Below are positions 12,501 to 27,500 of a stretch of 64,000 nucleotides of DNA, in pieces. How positions within the stretch are numbered: the stretch's first letter is position 1; every line of letters begins with the position of its first letter. Source of the stretch: Schmidtea nova (Eukaryota); NCBI GenBank assembly GCA_044892505.1, contig CM097882.1:172484001-172548000 (forward strand), read 5' to 3'. The position numbers and the translations under genes were made by a program. The notes beneath the pieces are model-generated. The model made no database searches. It saw nothing but the letters and a program-made list of their open reading frames with translations, and was not told where the DNA came from.

Positions 12501-15500
12501 AGTGTTTCATATAATGTTAAACATTTGTTGACATCAGGATTCTCATTAATTGGGCGCTTAAGTGGTTATTTAAATGTGGTTTAAATGCTTTTTTTTTAAA
12601 AACGTTGAGAAATTTTATTTAAAAAATCTGATTATAAAGATGAATTAAGAAATGAATACATTTGTTTTAAAATACCTAATAAAAAGATGAATTCTTTTTT
12701 TAAAACATGATATTTTAATGTTTTAAACAACAAGGAAAACCTTTTATGAAAATGGTTAGTCAAAAGTCCCTTACTGTTTTCCATATATCATATACACTCA
12801 AGCAATATCTACAAATTCAGATCTATAAAATCCTGGAAAAGGTTTTAATTATTAGAAGCATTTTAAAGTCTGTTTCGTTGAAAGTGGAAATTCTTGAGAG
12901 TATAAAGCAAATTACAGTGGAAAGAGCACGAGAATAAATTACCCTCAAGTGTTTGCATTAACGACTACCTATTGAAAAACATACAAAATAAAGAGAATTT
13001 ATTGAAACATTTATTAAAAATATCCTAATTGCAATAATGATTTGCGCAAAAACAAATTTAGCTTTGCGAAGAGATTGTAGTAAAGTGGGAAAAGATGAAA
13101 CGGATAATTTTCCATCACGATTAAATTTTTTGATGAAATGTTAGGTCATATGCAGAGCATTCATTACAACCATACCTTAATAATCAAAACATTGAACTTG
13201 AAATTATGTAACTGTTGATTAAATATTTATCTTCTAAAGAATGCTTATTGTTCCATCAACAGAATTCTATTTTATGTAGGGTTCGCGTGAAGACCATATT
13301 CCTTGTGCCTTAGAATGTTTCTNNNNNNNNNNNNNNNNNNNNNNNNNNNNNNNNNNNNNNNNNNNNNNNNNNNNNNNNNNNNNNNNNNNNNNNNNNNNNN
13401 NNNNNNNNNNNNNNNNNNNNNNNNNNNNNNNNNNNNNNNNNNNNNNNNNNNNNNNNNNNNNNNNNNNNNNNNNNNNNNNNNNNNNNNNNNNNNNNNNNNN
13501 NNNNNNNNNNNNNNNNNNNNNNNNNNNNNNNNNNNNNNNNNNNNNNNNNNNNNNNNNNNNNNNNNNNNNNNNNNNNNNNNNNNNNNNNNNNNNNNNNNNN
13601 NNNNNNNNNNNNNNNNNNNNNNNNNNNNNNNNNNNNNNNNNNNNNNNNNNNNNNNNNNNNNNNNNNNNNNNNNNNNNNNNNNNNNNNNNNNNNNNNNNNN
13701 NNNNNNNNNNNNNNNNNNNNNNNNNNNNNNNNNNNNNNNNNNNNNNNNNNNNNNNNNNNNNNNNNNNNNNNNNNNNNNNNNNNNNNNNNNNNNNNNNNNN
13801 NNNNNNNNNNNNNNNNNNNNNNNNNNNNNNNNNNNNNNNNNNNNNNNNNNNNNNNNNNNNNNNNNNNNNNNNNNNNNNNNNNNNNNNNNNNNNNNNNNNN
13901 NNNNNNNNNNAATTTTTGGATACAATTATAAGCGCAAGATAAAATTTTCACATTTCAATAAAAAGAGTCCGGTCAGCAACTCAACTTCATTTTTATATAC
14001 GTCGCTTTTGAATTAAAACTGTCACATAGAAAGTTTGGATAGATCAAGTAATGCTTATGTCATATGTATTGGTGCTCCATTTCCTTTGTTTTGCCTGTCT
14101 AAAATCTTTTTCAACTGAAGCTCATGCTGCAGGATCCTTTAAATAATGAAATTGTCAACTAATTGACAACATCAATTGTAGACCGAATAATAACAATCTT
14201 TTTTGTTAATATTATCATTATGATTAATTATATCAGTATTATTTATAATATCAGTAATAATTTCAGTCTTTTGGGAAACTTTTATCTGGTTTGTGTCAAT
14301 GTGGAGCTTGGGGATGTTTTGATGAGTTCAATCGCATTGACGTGTCAGTTTTATCGGTTGTCACTACTCAAATCAAAACTATTCAAAATGCTTTGACATT
14401 GAAGTTGGTAACATTTTCTGTAAGTTTCTTTTACCAAAAATTGCCCTATTCGCTTTCAATTACTTTATATTGTATAAGTTTTATTTTAATTAAGTTTGAA
14501 GGACAAGAAATCAAACTTCTACATAATGTCGGGGTTTTTATCACAATGAATCCGGGCTACGCCGGAAGAACGGAGCTACCAGAAAGTGTGAAAGCATTAT
14601 TTCGACCTGTGGTAGTGATTGTTCCCGACTTGGAATACATTTGTGAAATAATGCTGTTTTCCCAAGGATTTCTTTCAGCAAAGGTTAACTGATTAAGAAT
14701 TATTATTATTATTATTTTTTAAATATTTTCCGAAAAAGGAGCTTGCAAAAAAGATGACAACAATTTATAAATTGGCCAAAGAACAATTATCACAACAATA
14801 TCATTATGATTTTGGGTTGAGAGCTCTTAAATCGGTTTTAGTCATGGCAGGAGATATTCGGCGTGAAAATCCGGAAGTATCAGAGAAAAAACTTCTTATG
14901 CGTGCCTTGCGGGATATGAATTTACCGAAATTTATTTTCGATGATGTACCATTGTTTATGGGCTTAATTACCGACTTATTTCCTGGTGTCGAGTGCCCAA
15001 GAGTTCCGCATCCTAGTATGTCAAAGGCGGTAGCTGAATATTTTGAATCTGAAAAATATGATGTTCTTCCTTCTCAAGTTAATACTAATTTAATTTTTAA
15101 TTTTTATTTTTTGTTCAGCATTTCATTTGTTTTAACCTAATTTCATTTCTTTATCAATAATAATTTTATAGACAGTAAAAATGAAACTTTTCGAATGTAC
15201 TCAGCTGATGTGTCAGCCATTATGACTCTGTTAACCAGCAGTAGAGGAATCCTAGGGCACTTGATCAAGTTAGATAATCTCGAGTCCCTTAAAAATTACA
15301 AATAATACAAGTCAACTACATTAGTACAGTAGGGATAAGTGTAGAGACGCGGGAATAGTGGAGAATACATACATATAAAAAGAGTTTTAAAAATGAGATT
15401 CTCTTCAGTCAGTGTGATGATGTCATAAAAAAAGATAAACTATAAATTTAAAAAAATGGACTGTGAGAAAAATGAAAAGGACAGAAAACGTGACGTTGAT

Positions 15501-18500
15501 TTTTACTCAAAGAAAATCGCAAAATTATTGGTGGTAAAGTAATCTGACATTTCATTAATCCGTGCAATATTTCGCGAAAAAAAGCAAAATAAAGACGAAA
15601 GCATTGTTGATTTTGCAAGAAGAATCAGAATGCATTGCATGAACTTGGAAAAAGATCATGAATTTTTAATTGTAAAAGTATTTATTAGAGGAGTCTGAAT
15701 CAGATATATAGCAAGTGTTTTGAAGTTTAAAAAGTCGAAAATATTAGAAAATATTTTAGAAGGTAAAAAAAACAAATTGAAAATTTCTACAGAGGAAAAC
15801 AAGCTTTTTGCAATTCAATGAAAGGTAAAATTGATCAATTTGATATAATTAAATCATTAAAAGAAGAAATATTAATGTTAAGGAGAACAATTGAATAATT
15901 GCAGCGATTCAAAGAAACATCGGACAAAATTGGGGACAAACAGGTCATTGTCAATTACAAGAAGTGGATACATGAAATATTTTAGACATGATCAAATGGG
16001 GCATAAAGCTAGGTTCTGAATATCATGGCTCAACAACAATAAAACTCCAATCAAATGTTTGTAGATGTAAAAAGGAAATTATTTTATAAAAGACTGCAAA
16101 AACCAGAACCATTTCAAATATTTTCAGGAAGAAAAGATTAAGTAAATTCACGAGACACTCAGCATAAATGAAAATAAATCCTTAAATGTTATTAATAAAT
16201 GGCACAAAGACAGAAAAATAAGTTTATCAACAATTTAGAAAATAAGCTAGCATTGGAAGAAAAATTTGGAAATTTTATAAATGGTAAAACCTCAAAACCA
16301 AGAAAACAATTCTATGCATATCAAGATACTTTTATATTCTATAGAAAGAATAAAGAGCAAAAAACAAACCAATTGTAGAATGCTCAATAGGAAATCACAA
16401 TGAAAAAATTTGTTCGATACAGGAAAAATTTAAATGTCATCAGCGAACAATTTTGCGAGGATTTAAAATACAAAACGATGCCATTAAAGTATATAAACCA
16501 ACGGAAGCGATAAAAAGTGTATTGGAAAAGTTGAATTAAGCGTTACAATAGGACCGGTTTTAACAAATTATGTTTTTGATGTTATGCCAAATATTTTCCA
16601 ACATTTATATGTTGGTATCAAAATTATGAAGAAATATGAAATAAAAGTCAGTCAATCTGATGATTGTATTGAGATTCGTGGAATCAAAGTTCCATTTTTG
16701 TCAGAAACTGTAATACCAGCTCCTTTAAACTAATACCTATCATGTTAGTAAGTTAGAATGCCGATAAGGGTGAGAATTAGGTTCGTAATTTATCTTTTAA
16801 TAATAATTAGAGTGATTTTGGCTAGTATTATAGAGATTAGTAATGTTATTCAATATTTTGTTAAGAGAATGATAATAAATGTCAGTAAAAATAAGATAGC
16901 CTATAAATTTGGAAATTTTATATTTAGTGGGGAAGAACAAAATATGGTTACAAGAGGATTTTTAGTTTGTGATTTTATATGGAAAACTGATGACGGATAT
17001 TTATTGTTAAATATATGTATGCTAGAAGGATGCTCGAAGACTTTACATGCTGGTACAACTCTTTGATTTGACGAGAGTATGGCTGAAATTGACGTCTCAG
17101 ATATTAGAAATATTTAGAAAAAAACACAAACAAGTCGATTAAAGTGGAAGATAAAATACAGTAATAAAAATTATTATTAACACATTGTTGGCCGGTCACG
17201 AGTTAATTCGTGATTGCACATGCATTAGCAATTTCAATTTATGAAACCCAGGGCAATATAGAATACTGCAAAAGCTTTGTTCATCGTGTTTAGACGTGTC
17301 CCTTTTATTATAAAAAATATTTTTCTAAATATTCAGATTTTTATAACAATTTTAGTTCTGTAAAAATTGCAAATATGGCAGATCGTGATAGCGAAGATTT
17401 TTTCAATGAATTATATGCGGATGACTTATCTGATTGTCCGAGTGATTTGGAAATAAATTGTAGTGATTCGGAAAGTGATAGTTTATCGGAAGACAGTTAT
17501 GAATCTGAGATTAAACCAGCAAAACGGCAAAAAATAAATGTACTAGAATCTGATAGTGAAAATGATTTTGAAGATGAGGGGATTGAAAGTGATATTACTA
17601 CAACTTTGAAGGATTATTCAAATATTTCGGGTGTATCTGTTGAACTTAGTGATGCACCGAGTATTAGTAAAGTAAAGGATTTACTTTTCGATAATGATTT
17701 TTTTAATCTACTTGTTTCTCAAACAAATTTATACCATTACCAAAGGAAAGAATTATATTAAAAGTCTGCTAGAACTTTATCATGGGCGGAAGTTACCACT
17801 AGGGAAATGAAGAAGTTTCTCGGATTAGTGATATTGATGGGACAATAAACATATTTTCAGCAAATATAAAATGTATATCGGAGTATCTGATGTAATTAAC
17901 CATGAAATTGACACAGGATCAGCAAAACCAATATAGTTTAAACCCAGGAAAGAACCTAGAGATTTAGAACAAAAAGTCCATAACATGTTAGGAGATTTTT
18001 TGGAAGTAAGCATCATTAGAGAGCAACTCCCCATGTAATCAATCAATTATTGAAAGCTAAAAAGCTAATATTGAAAGATTAATTACTGACTGTATGTCTG
18101 GTGTAAAAGATGAGCTCTATACAATATTACATAATAAATATTTTAGTTTAATGGCTCATGTCTACCGAATATCTAGCATTGTTAATACCCATTTGAAGAT
18201 TTCATGAGAATATTACAAGAATTACTATACTATTTTGATATTATTTTAATGTATTGATTAAATTGAAACGTTTTCGACTAGTAAATGATTAAAAAATCAA
18301 TTTTATTAATAACTACACTAGCCCTCGATTTGCACTGTTTCGGTTAAACACGATTGAAGAAATACGGAAACTACATGCTTGTAATATTAAAATATATTAA
18401 TTTTATTAAAACGAATTTTGTAATATTTATTCTTTTACTTTAGATTCAACACACATTTTTTCAATAATACATAACACAACAAGCATGGCACTAATATAAT

Positions 18501-21500
18501 TAACAACAAACGCCAATCCAAATATATATTTTGCACAATATATTTCGAGAACTTAATTCTCTTCATCAGGTGCTACCAATGTTACATCCAAATATAAATC
18601 AAATAAATCGATTTTTTCGAACAAATTAGTAATAATTTTTAAAATAAAATATATATTTTAAATTCTATTATAGTCAAAAAATTTAAATCGAAATACAACT
18701 TTTAAATTTAAATAAATTAATCTTAAAAATATAATATTCTTTTATTTTTATACAAAGAAATATTTTTTTTTAGAATATATTATAAATATTTTCATATTTA
18801 TAAACAACAGAATGATTGAAAACGATGTTACATCCAAATATAAATCAAATAAATCGATTTTTTCGAACAAATTAGTAATAATTTTTAAAATAAAATATAT
18901 ATTTTAAATTCTATTATAGTCAAAAAATTTAAATCGAAATACAACTTTTAAATTTAAATAAATTAATCTTAAAAATATAATATTCTTTTATTTTTATACA
19001 AAAAAATATTTTTTTTGAGAATATATTATAAATATGAAAATATTTATAATATATTCTTAAAAAAAATATTTTTTTGTATAAAAATAAAAGAATATTATAT
19101 TTTTAAGATTAATTTATTTAAATTTAAAAGTTGTATTTCGATTTAAATTTTTTGACTAATAGAATTTAAAATATATATTTTATTTTAAAAATTATTACTA
19201 ATTTGTTCGAAAAAATCGATTTATTTGATTTATATTTGGATGTAACATTGGTAGCACCTGATGAAGAGAATTAAGTTCTCGAAATATATTGTGAAAAATA
19301 TATATTTGGATTGGCGTTTGTTGTTAATTTTTTCAATAAAATATAAATTTAATTACTAATTTTACTGTTTCAATTTACACGATTTCGATTTACACGGTTT
19401 CGATTTACACGGGATTTTTAAGGAACCAATTTACCGTGTAAATTGAGGGCAAAGTATATTTCATAAATTATAACGCTTTATTTTTATTATTTTCAATTGT
19501 TCATAATATTTTAAATAATTATTAACAAAACATTAGAAGTATTTTTACATAAAAATTATTTAAGGTTGATAAAGTTGTTCAATTCTATGAAATACTATTG
19601 ACAAGACACTCGGTGATGATTGTTGGACCCACATGTGGTGGAAAATCAACAGTCATAAAAGCATTCTGTCAAGCGACGATAAGGTATTTTAAATTTGCTT
19701 TTAGGTCGATATTTTTATAAAAAGTTTGGATGAAGAAGTAAAAATAAACTATAAATAATAAACATGTTAATTTAAACAATTGTTTCCCTTTCATAACAAT
19801 TCAAAGTACATGTCAAACTTTGTAACATTGCAAAAAATATAATTTAAACACTAAAAGGATCGTAAAAGAATTTACAAAGAAAGCAAAAATTGTTAAAAAA
19901 GTAGCGACCTTTGCTTTCTTTTTATATTCTTTTTTCGATCCTTCTAGTATATAAATTATATTTTTTACAATGTTACAAAGTTTGACATCTACTAATATCT
20001 TTGATACACCAAATGGTACACATTAAAATGATTTTGTTTAAATATTAATAAAAAATGAAAAATTCGATTCAAACCACCAGAATAAAAAATTATAAAATGT
20101 AAATAATTAAAGGAAACTAAAAGATGCCTCCCACTAGTGCGGGTATTATTAACACGTTCGTGGACAAGCCGGCATATGCCGTCGATAAATTTAGAAAATA
20201 TAGGGACACTGCGGGAGATGTCGTTGTTCCTTTTTTCAGGTATTGGGATAAAACGGCATATGCATACATGAAATACCTTATAAAGTATTGAAATATAATT
20301 CAAACGACCCTTTAAAAATCATTTAATTTTCATATATGAGCAATTAGTAAGATTTCAATTGAAATACAAACCGTTAACACAGATTGTTGCAAAATTGGTT
20401 TCTAGAAAAGTCACTTCACTTTCCAACAACCAATTTCTACTGTCCGCCAACGTGTTAACTTTATTTTACAAAAAAATTAGTAAATACAATGTTTTTTGTT
20501 GAAATTAAATTCCTTAGTAAATGCGTACTAATGAGTTCTTTTATTGGTCGCGTCTTTTGACTACCAAAACATAGTGCTATCTAAATCTCATTCAGGTGTC
20601 GGGAAATATTATAGTAATATTTCAGAGAGATTTCAAGTCTTAAAATTAAACATTTCCATAGAAACAGATGTCTTAAGCTTAAAACGTCAAATAAATTTAA
20701 TTAGCCACATATACACTTATGATTTCTCTGTTTTTATCAAAATGTTAGTATTGTGTTTCGTGATTGAAAACCAATGGGTAGGTAACTTAAATTTTAAAAA
20801 TACTCCAAACTTTTTCTATTACGATCGACATTTACATAATTTATTATTAGTTCTCACAGAATTCAATATTTTATGTATCACAGTTCATCTCATTTACATG
20901 ACTTCCTTAAGAAATTTGCTCAGCATTTCTGATGGCTTTTGGCCAAAAAGTCACGAAAAGTTCGAATACGATTGGAAATAAGTTTCTTATATGTAACTAA
21001 TGAAATCCAAATAATCTTGCAACTAGTTTGCTATTATTAATAGCATTGAAAACTTTAATTTAAAATGTTTATATTATCTAAACTTTTGTGGTTCACAAAA
21101 ACAACAAAATCACACTTTGATATTTTATTTAAACTTTAAGGAAATTTTGTGAATTTTCAAAGTAAATTTTAAGAAAACAAATAATGACTAAGTCTAATGG
21201 CATAGAAAGAATTAAAATATCTAAGAAGATTTTGATTGACCGAACTAGATTATTTAATTTTTCTAATGAAATTATTTAAAATCTAGCCCGACCTACCAAA
21301 AGTCTCCAGTCAGGCAATTATTTTCATATTGTAGTTTATACTGAACAGTTTATAATAAACAGTTTATAATGAACAGCAATGGGAACAAATGTCACAAACA
21401 CACACGAATACTGAATATTTGTGGTGCTGAGAGAGTTAGTACTTCGTTATATTAACTTTCATCTGGATAACAAGGCGCACTCGTTTAGGCATTGTATCGA

Positions 21501-24500
21501 GCACTTTTGCCAGGAAATCAGGGGAGATGTTTGATCATTCCTCATGCAGATGTGTTTCCAGTTCGTAGGCGTTACGAGCAATGGGAATCCTTTTGCGAAC
21601 TTGTCTACCAAGGACGTCCCAAAGAAACTCAATAGGATTCAGATCAGGGCTTTGTGGAACCCAATCCAAAACGTTGATGCTGTGCCACAGAAAGAATTCC
21701 TTCATAATGTGCGAAGTATTGATTGGTGCATTATCCTGTTGGAAAATGAGCCACTTAATATCTGGGAGACATCATGTGATTGCTGCACTTCACTAGAGGG
21801 CCAGTTCCACGAGTTGAGAAAAGACTCCAAAGCATAATGGAGCCTCATCCATATTTCACAGTTGGCTGAATGCAGTCAGGGTGGAATCGTTCTCCTACAC
21901 GACGCCAGCAGAATTGCTGTCCATCAGATTTGAAAATAGTGAAACGTGATTTATCAATCCAAATGATTGAGCGCAATTGTTCTGCTGTCCAATTCCTTCT
22001 CTCCCGGCACCACTACAAGGGACGACTACGAATTGTTTCTGTAATCAAAGGCTTCCTTGCGCAGTATCTGCCATAGAAACCATGAAAATATAATGCGAGA
22101 CGAATGGTGGACATCCTGGTATGCACAGGGCCAGTGTTAAATGTGGGCACTAATTTGAACAGGGGGAGCTGACGATGAGCCACCACAAGTCGTTTCAGCT
22201 GCCGTTGTGTACGGATGCTCAGAAGTTTAGGGCGGTCTGAACGTTGCTTGTTGACATGTGTCTGCTCCTGGCGGTACTTCCTCAGGAAGTAGTTAATAGT
22301 TCCTTTGGGATGGCCAGTCAATGCAGCAGTTTCACTCTGACTTTTTCCACAAAGGTAAAATCCGTAAATAATGCTTTTCTGAAAGTCTGTAAGCTCTTTC
22401 CGAGTAGCCATATTCTTAGAAAATAACAATCCTTCATTAATATGACTCACTGTTATCCCTGTTGTGTGTTTGGTGTGAGAAGTCATATTCTATGTGTCTG
22501 TGTGTGAGTGCGTGCGTGTGTACATGTGCTTATACAGAATTTTGAAGGTGTTGGTGACCTTTGTTCCCATTGCTGTTCATATTTCCACTGCAGACGTTCA
22601 TTATAAACTGCAATATATAAATAACTGCCGGACTGGAGACTTTGGTAGGTCGGGGTATGTATAGTGCTTATGTAAATTTGCAATTAAATATGCTTTATTG
22701 AAAATAACGTAAGAGCCGCATTATAACACCACTTCAAAAAAAACTAAAAACAAAAATTATTTATTATAACTTGAATTTTTATTTAATCAAAGTATTCTAC
22801 ATTATTATTTAAATTCTATTTCATTTTCTAATGCTAGATTAAACATCCCAACAAAACTTTATACCATTAATCCAAAGGAGCGTACAGTAAATGAATTATA
22901 CGGAATATTGGATCCAGCAAGTAGAGATTGGACGGATGGGTTACTGTCTTCAATATTTCGTCAAATTAATCAACAGACTGATAAAGAGGAAAGGCGCTTT
23001 TTATTATTTGATGGAGATGTTGACGCTCTATGGATTGAAAATATGAATTCGGTGATGGATGACAACCGTTTATTGACCCTTGTTAATGGGGAGCGAATAC
23101 GTTTACAACCGCATTGTTCATTGCTATTCGAAGTCGGTGATTTGCAATATGCCTCACCAGCCACTGTCTCTCGATGTGGAATGGTATATGTGGATCCAAA
23201 AAATCTTGGATATAAACCTTATTGGGTTAAATGGGTATGAAATTCAAATATTTTATAAAAGGTTTTGTAATGATTAAGTCGCATACTCAATTTCCTTTCT
23301 TACAACTTCCTTCGCTAACAAGACGCCTCCAAATACTTAGATTATATAAAATTATTAATAGCTAAACAACTTCAGTGTAAAAATTTGCATGCATTTCTAA
23401 ACTGCGCGCTTTTACACAATAAAATGACTGGACAAATGAGGGGTACATTTTAAAATTAATTTCCAAACATAAAATATTTCAAACAAACGAAATCCATTCA
23501 ATAGACAATACTTAAGAACTCTGTTGTAGATATAACGGGTAGTCTTTCCAATATTTGTGGCATTACACCAATTTCATGAAAATTGATTTACGTGTTTAAA
23601 ACACAAACTAACGACCGAGTCATATTTATAAGTGAACATTCTACTAACTTACCAAGACGCGGGAACAATCCTTAATTGATCCGTACCCACATGTTTGAGA
23701 ATCTTATCCTTAAATTCTCTGAAACCCTCAATAAGTCAATACTAACAAATATTTCGTCTCAGCGCAATTAGATCGATCATTGTCCCTTTCCGAAATTAAC
23801 AAATTACTATGATGAGAATCAATAGGCACCTTACATCCAGACACACTTTTACCAAGATCAAGTGAATTCAACATCAACTTATCAATAGGTACTTTTGTCA
23901 TTCTCTCAATGAAAGGTTTAGAGTAGCCATTTTTAAGTGACATATCAACTGAAGACTCGACTATTTTTACTGAATTAACAAATGTAGAGTATAATGACTA
24001 TACATGAAAGACCAATTCTCTCACTATATTCTTTTATATTTAAATTCACAAAGATCGCTTTCAGTCAATTTCCTGTATATTTCAGTCTCATAATGTTTTA
24101 ACTTGCATTGAATGAGTAAATCCCCAAAACACAATAGATGAAATTATTTCTTCCTTGCAAGTAATTTAACGTTCGAATGTACACTATGTAAGGCCTTACA
24201 TATTCAAAATTCTCAAAAACGCAAAAAAATATCATCGACATACCATTTGCACACAGTTGTTTTAATAAGATGATATGACATACATAGCTTGTTGAAAAAT
24301 ACCTGAAATTAAAAAGTCACTCAATACTTCCAATTTCTACTGAAGTTTAAACGACGCCCTTGCAATAAGAGACAGTTTATACTCTTAGATTTCGTCTATT
24401 TCATGACCCACTACGCCGTCTGCGCCTACTTAAATTCCCAGATAATTTATGCATCATCTTAACTCATTGACGATATAATCTTTCCCCTCGCCTTAATGCT

Positions 24501-27500
24501 TTCTGAAGTGGTGATCCACTTTTTCTGCTTACCCAAACCCCTGATCATAAGCGATGAGCGTTTTTGAGTATTTGGATGCAAGCCATTTAGTTGAAGTTCA
24601 TAGAGAACAGTATCGAGGCATTATTGAAGCTCCTGTTTACTCTCACTAAATAACACTATATCATCGACATTAGTCATGATCGAATGTTGTATTCCGTTTA
24701 ACCTAAAACCGATACCTGTGTCTTTCTCCTTCTGGATAGCCAAATCAAATAAATTATTAAATAACACTGGAGATAATGTGTCACCTTGTTTCACGCTACA
24801 ATTGAACGTAGCATCCACTCCGGCAACGACTTTTGTAGCTTGCTTGTAACTTGCCTGTATATATGATACTAGTAGATCAGGATAGCCAGCGATTCAAGTC
24901 GCTCTAATAATACTTGCGTGATTCACTGAATCAAACACTTTCAATATAACTAAGAACGTTATTGCCAGACATAAAATGGAAGCCATCGTTGGTGCTAATG
25001 GAGAACACAAAGCGAAACTATCCACTCGTTTGCTAAAAAGAAAATTATAATAATAAATCTATGATTATTTAAACAAAATAGTAAAAATAATAGTAAAAAT
25101 ATTTTTCGTAGTTGGCGTTTTATCAGCCAGAAAACGATCGTGAGGCGTTGAATAAATTATTCGAAAAGTATATACCACCACTTATTGACCTTATTTTTGA
25201 CGGAATCTTTGGTTCTCTTCAAGTTAAAAAATTAAAAACAATAATCGTTCGAAATTCAATGAACCTTGTTAAACAATTTTGCAATGTATATTCGTCTCAA
25301 CTTCCAATTCAACAAGAAGAATTCATTATCACCAAAATTACAGACGATGAAGATGATAGTAAAGAGTCAGTTGGTGATATTGAATTCTTTGAAGCTTTAT
25401 TTGTCAATGGAATAATATGGTCATTTGGTGCATCTATTGCTGATGAAGATAGAGAACGATTTAATGATGCATTAAAACAAGTTTCTGGTCTACCATCCAT
25501 CGATGAAGATGAAAAGCGTTCAGTATCCAAAGGTAAATTTAAATTAATGTATTACATTTTGTTTCTTTTGGCAATGGAGCTGCAAATACTTATATAATAA
25601 ATTTACACTAACTATATAATAAAGAAATACTTCTAAAAATACAACATACACCACGTTTCACACACTGAAATCAGTTACACCGTTAACGATGACCAACATC
25701 TCCTATAATATAAAATTAAATTACACTAGAAATTCAAAACACTCACCTGTGTGTTATCGGTGTGCTAACATTCATTAACATCCTTTATTATGTGGTAGAC
25801 AAAAAGGATAGAAAAATTTTGTAAACCACAAAAAGGCATTATACACCCGGTTTCAAGCATTAAAAATAACTATGATACACCGTGTTTCAATGAATGCGTT
25901 CACCTATAATGCAGGTGAGTGAGATACATCACCAGTTATTATTACTCATTTTTTAAAACTTGTTGGAATTAGCCATTTTAAAATGGCTTTCAGGTAATTT
26001 TTGTAATTAGGATAACTTTAAGTCTTTTATTTTGATCACATAATGATATGAGATCACTATAAAAGCTTTAAAAGGTTATCTTTATTCATCAATTCTATTT
26101 TTATTTAATTTTTAAATAATTAGTAGAAAATGTTTATGATATTATGGAATTATTAACATCAAAGGTAAGTAAAAATTCAATTCTAACTAATATTTATTTG
26201 ATAAATACATTAATCTCCAAATATTTCAATTTTTCGAAAACATTTAGAAAAAAATCTGCAAACATGTAAGAAAAAGTTTTCCAAATCCTTATATTCATCT
26301 TTATTTAATTCGTTTTCAAGAGCTGTTTTCACCAAACAAAATCTGTCTTGGAAAGACATAGTGGAGAAGCTATTTGATCGGGATATTGTCTTCCTTAAAT
26401 TGTATTTGATTTTGCTAAATAAACTTTCGATTGGGTTGAGGAAAGGGCTATATGGTGGCCAAGTAAGCCTCCCAAATGGAAGTAATCTTGTTTATTTTCC
26501 TTTGCGTTTATGATTCTGGCTTTGTCGATATCTGAAATCCTATAAAAATCAAAAAACTTTTTAAATATTTATTATTTCATCTTACGATTTTCGAACATTT
26601 TTTCGGATATCGAATGAAATGCAGTTGTACGATGTCCCTGCAATATCTGAAAGGCTAAGACCATAATAAATATTTTAATAAATTAAAAAGGTGATACCAT
26701 TTTCCTAATTCATCTTCACGAAATGCCATTATTTCCAGTGAATTGTCTGAAAAACTGGGAAAATATAAATTTTTCAATACTTAAATTATAACACTTACGA
26801 TGATATTTCATCATTTTCGCGGAAACTCAATGTAGATTCATCAGATCCAATTATTGAAATTTTATTTTCCATTTTAATTTGCAATTTTCAAAATGATCTA
26901 AATTGAAGTGTAAATATGTTATTTTGTCTATAATTTTAAAATAATTAGACTGAATTATTTTTTTTGGCAACTGAAAACGAAAAAACTTTGCAAATAATTT
27001 TTAGTAATATATGAAATTTTATATTAAAATAAAACACGATGTTATCTATCCATTTTCTGGACAACTACCCTAGAAAATATTCCAAATATTTACCCAAAAA
27101 CCATATTTTAAAAATAAATAACTTTATTATAGGATTTTTAATAGCGAAATAAATAACACCCTTAAAAGTTTGCATGCAATTTTCATTATGTTTTGTGTTT
27201 GTATGTATAATTTATTTTTTCTTACAGAATGTCTAACACATATTAAATTTTTTTAACCACGAAATATCAAAATGCAACACCTACGTAAGTTTTCATTTGC
27301 TATTGGTTATTTTTAATTTATATTATCGAAATTTTTAATGCTTGAAACCAGGTGTATAGTAAAAACTGCATGCAAACTTTTAATGGGTGCAAATCTAATC
27401 AATCAGTAACATCCCATAATAAATCTTACGCACACAAAAAGTTGATATTTTCTTCATTTTAATTATTTTTTTATCGATTTTTAAAATGAAATTAAAAGCA

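Noticed and set aside
13272-14016. Long ORFs in the track at 13.3-14.0 kb and 62.7-63.2 kb
   Set aside because: They are open only because they cross N gaps.
20544-20981. 145-aa plus-strand ORF as a host gene
   Set aside because: AT-biased composition, no motif, and it lies opposite a probable RNase H remnant.
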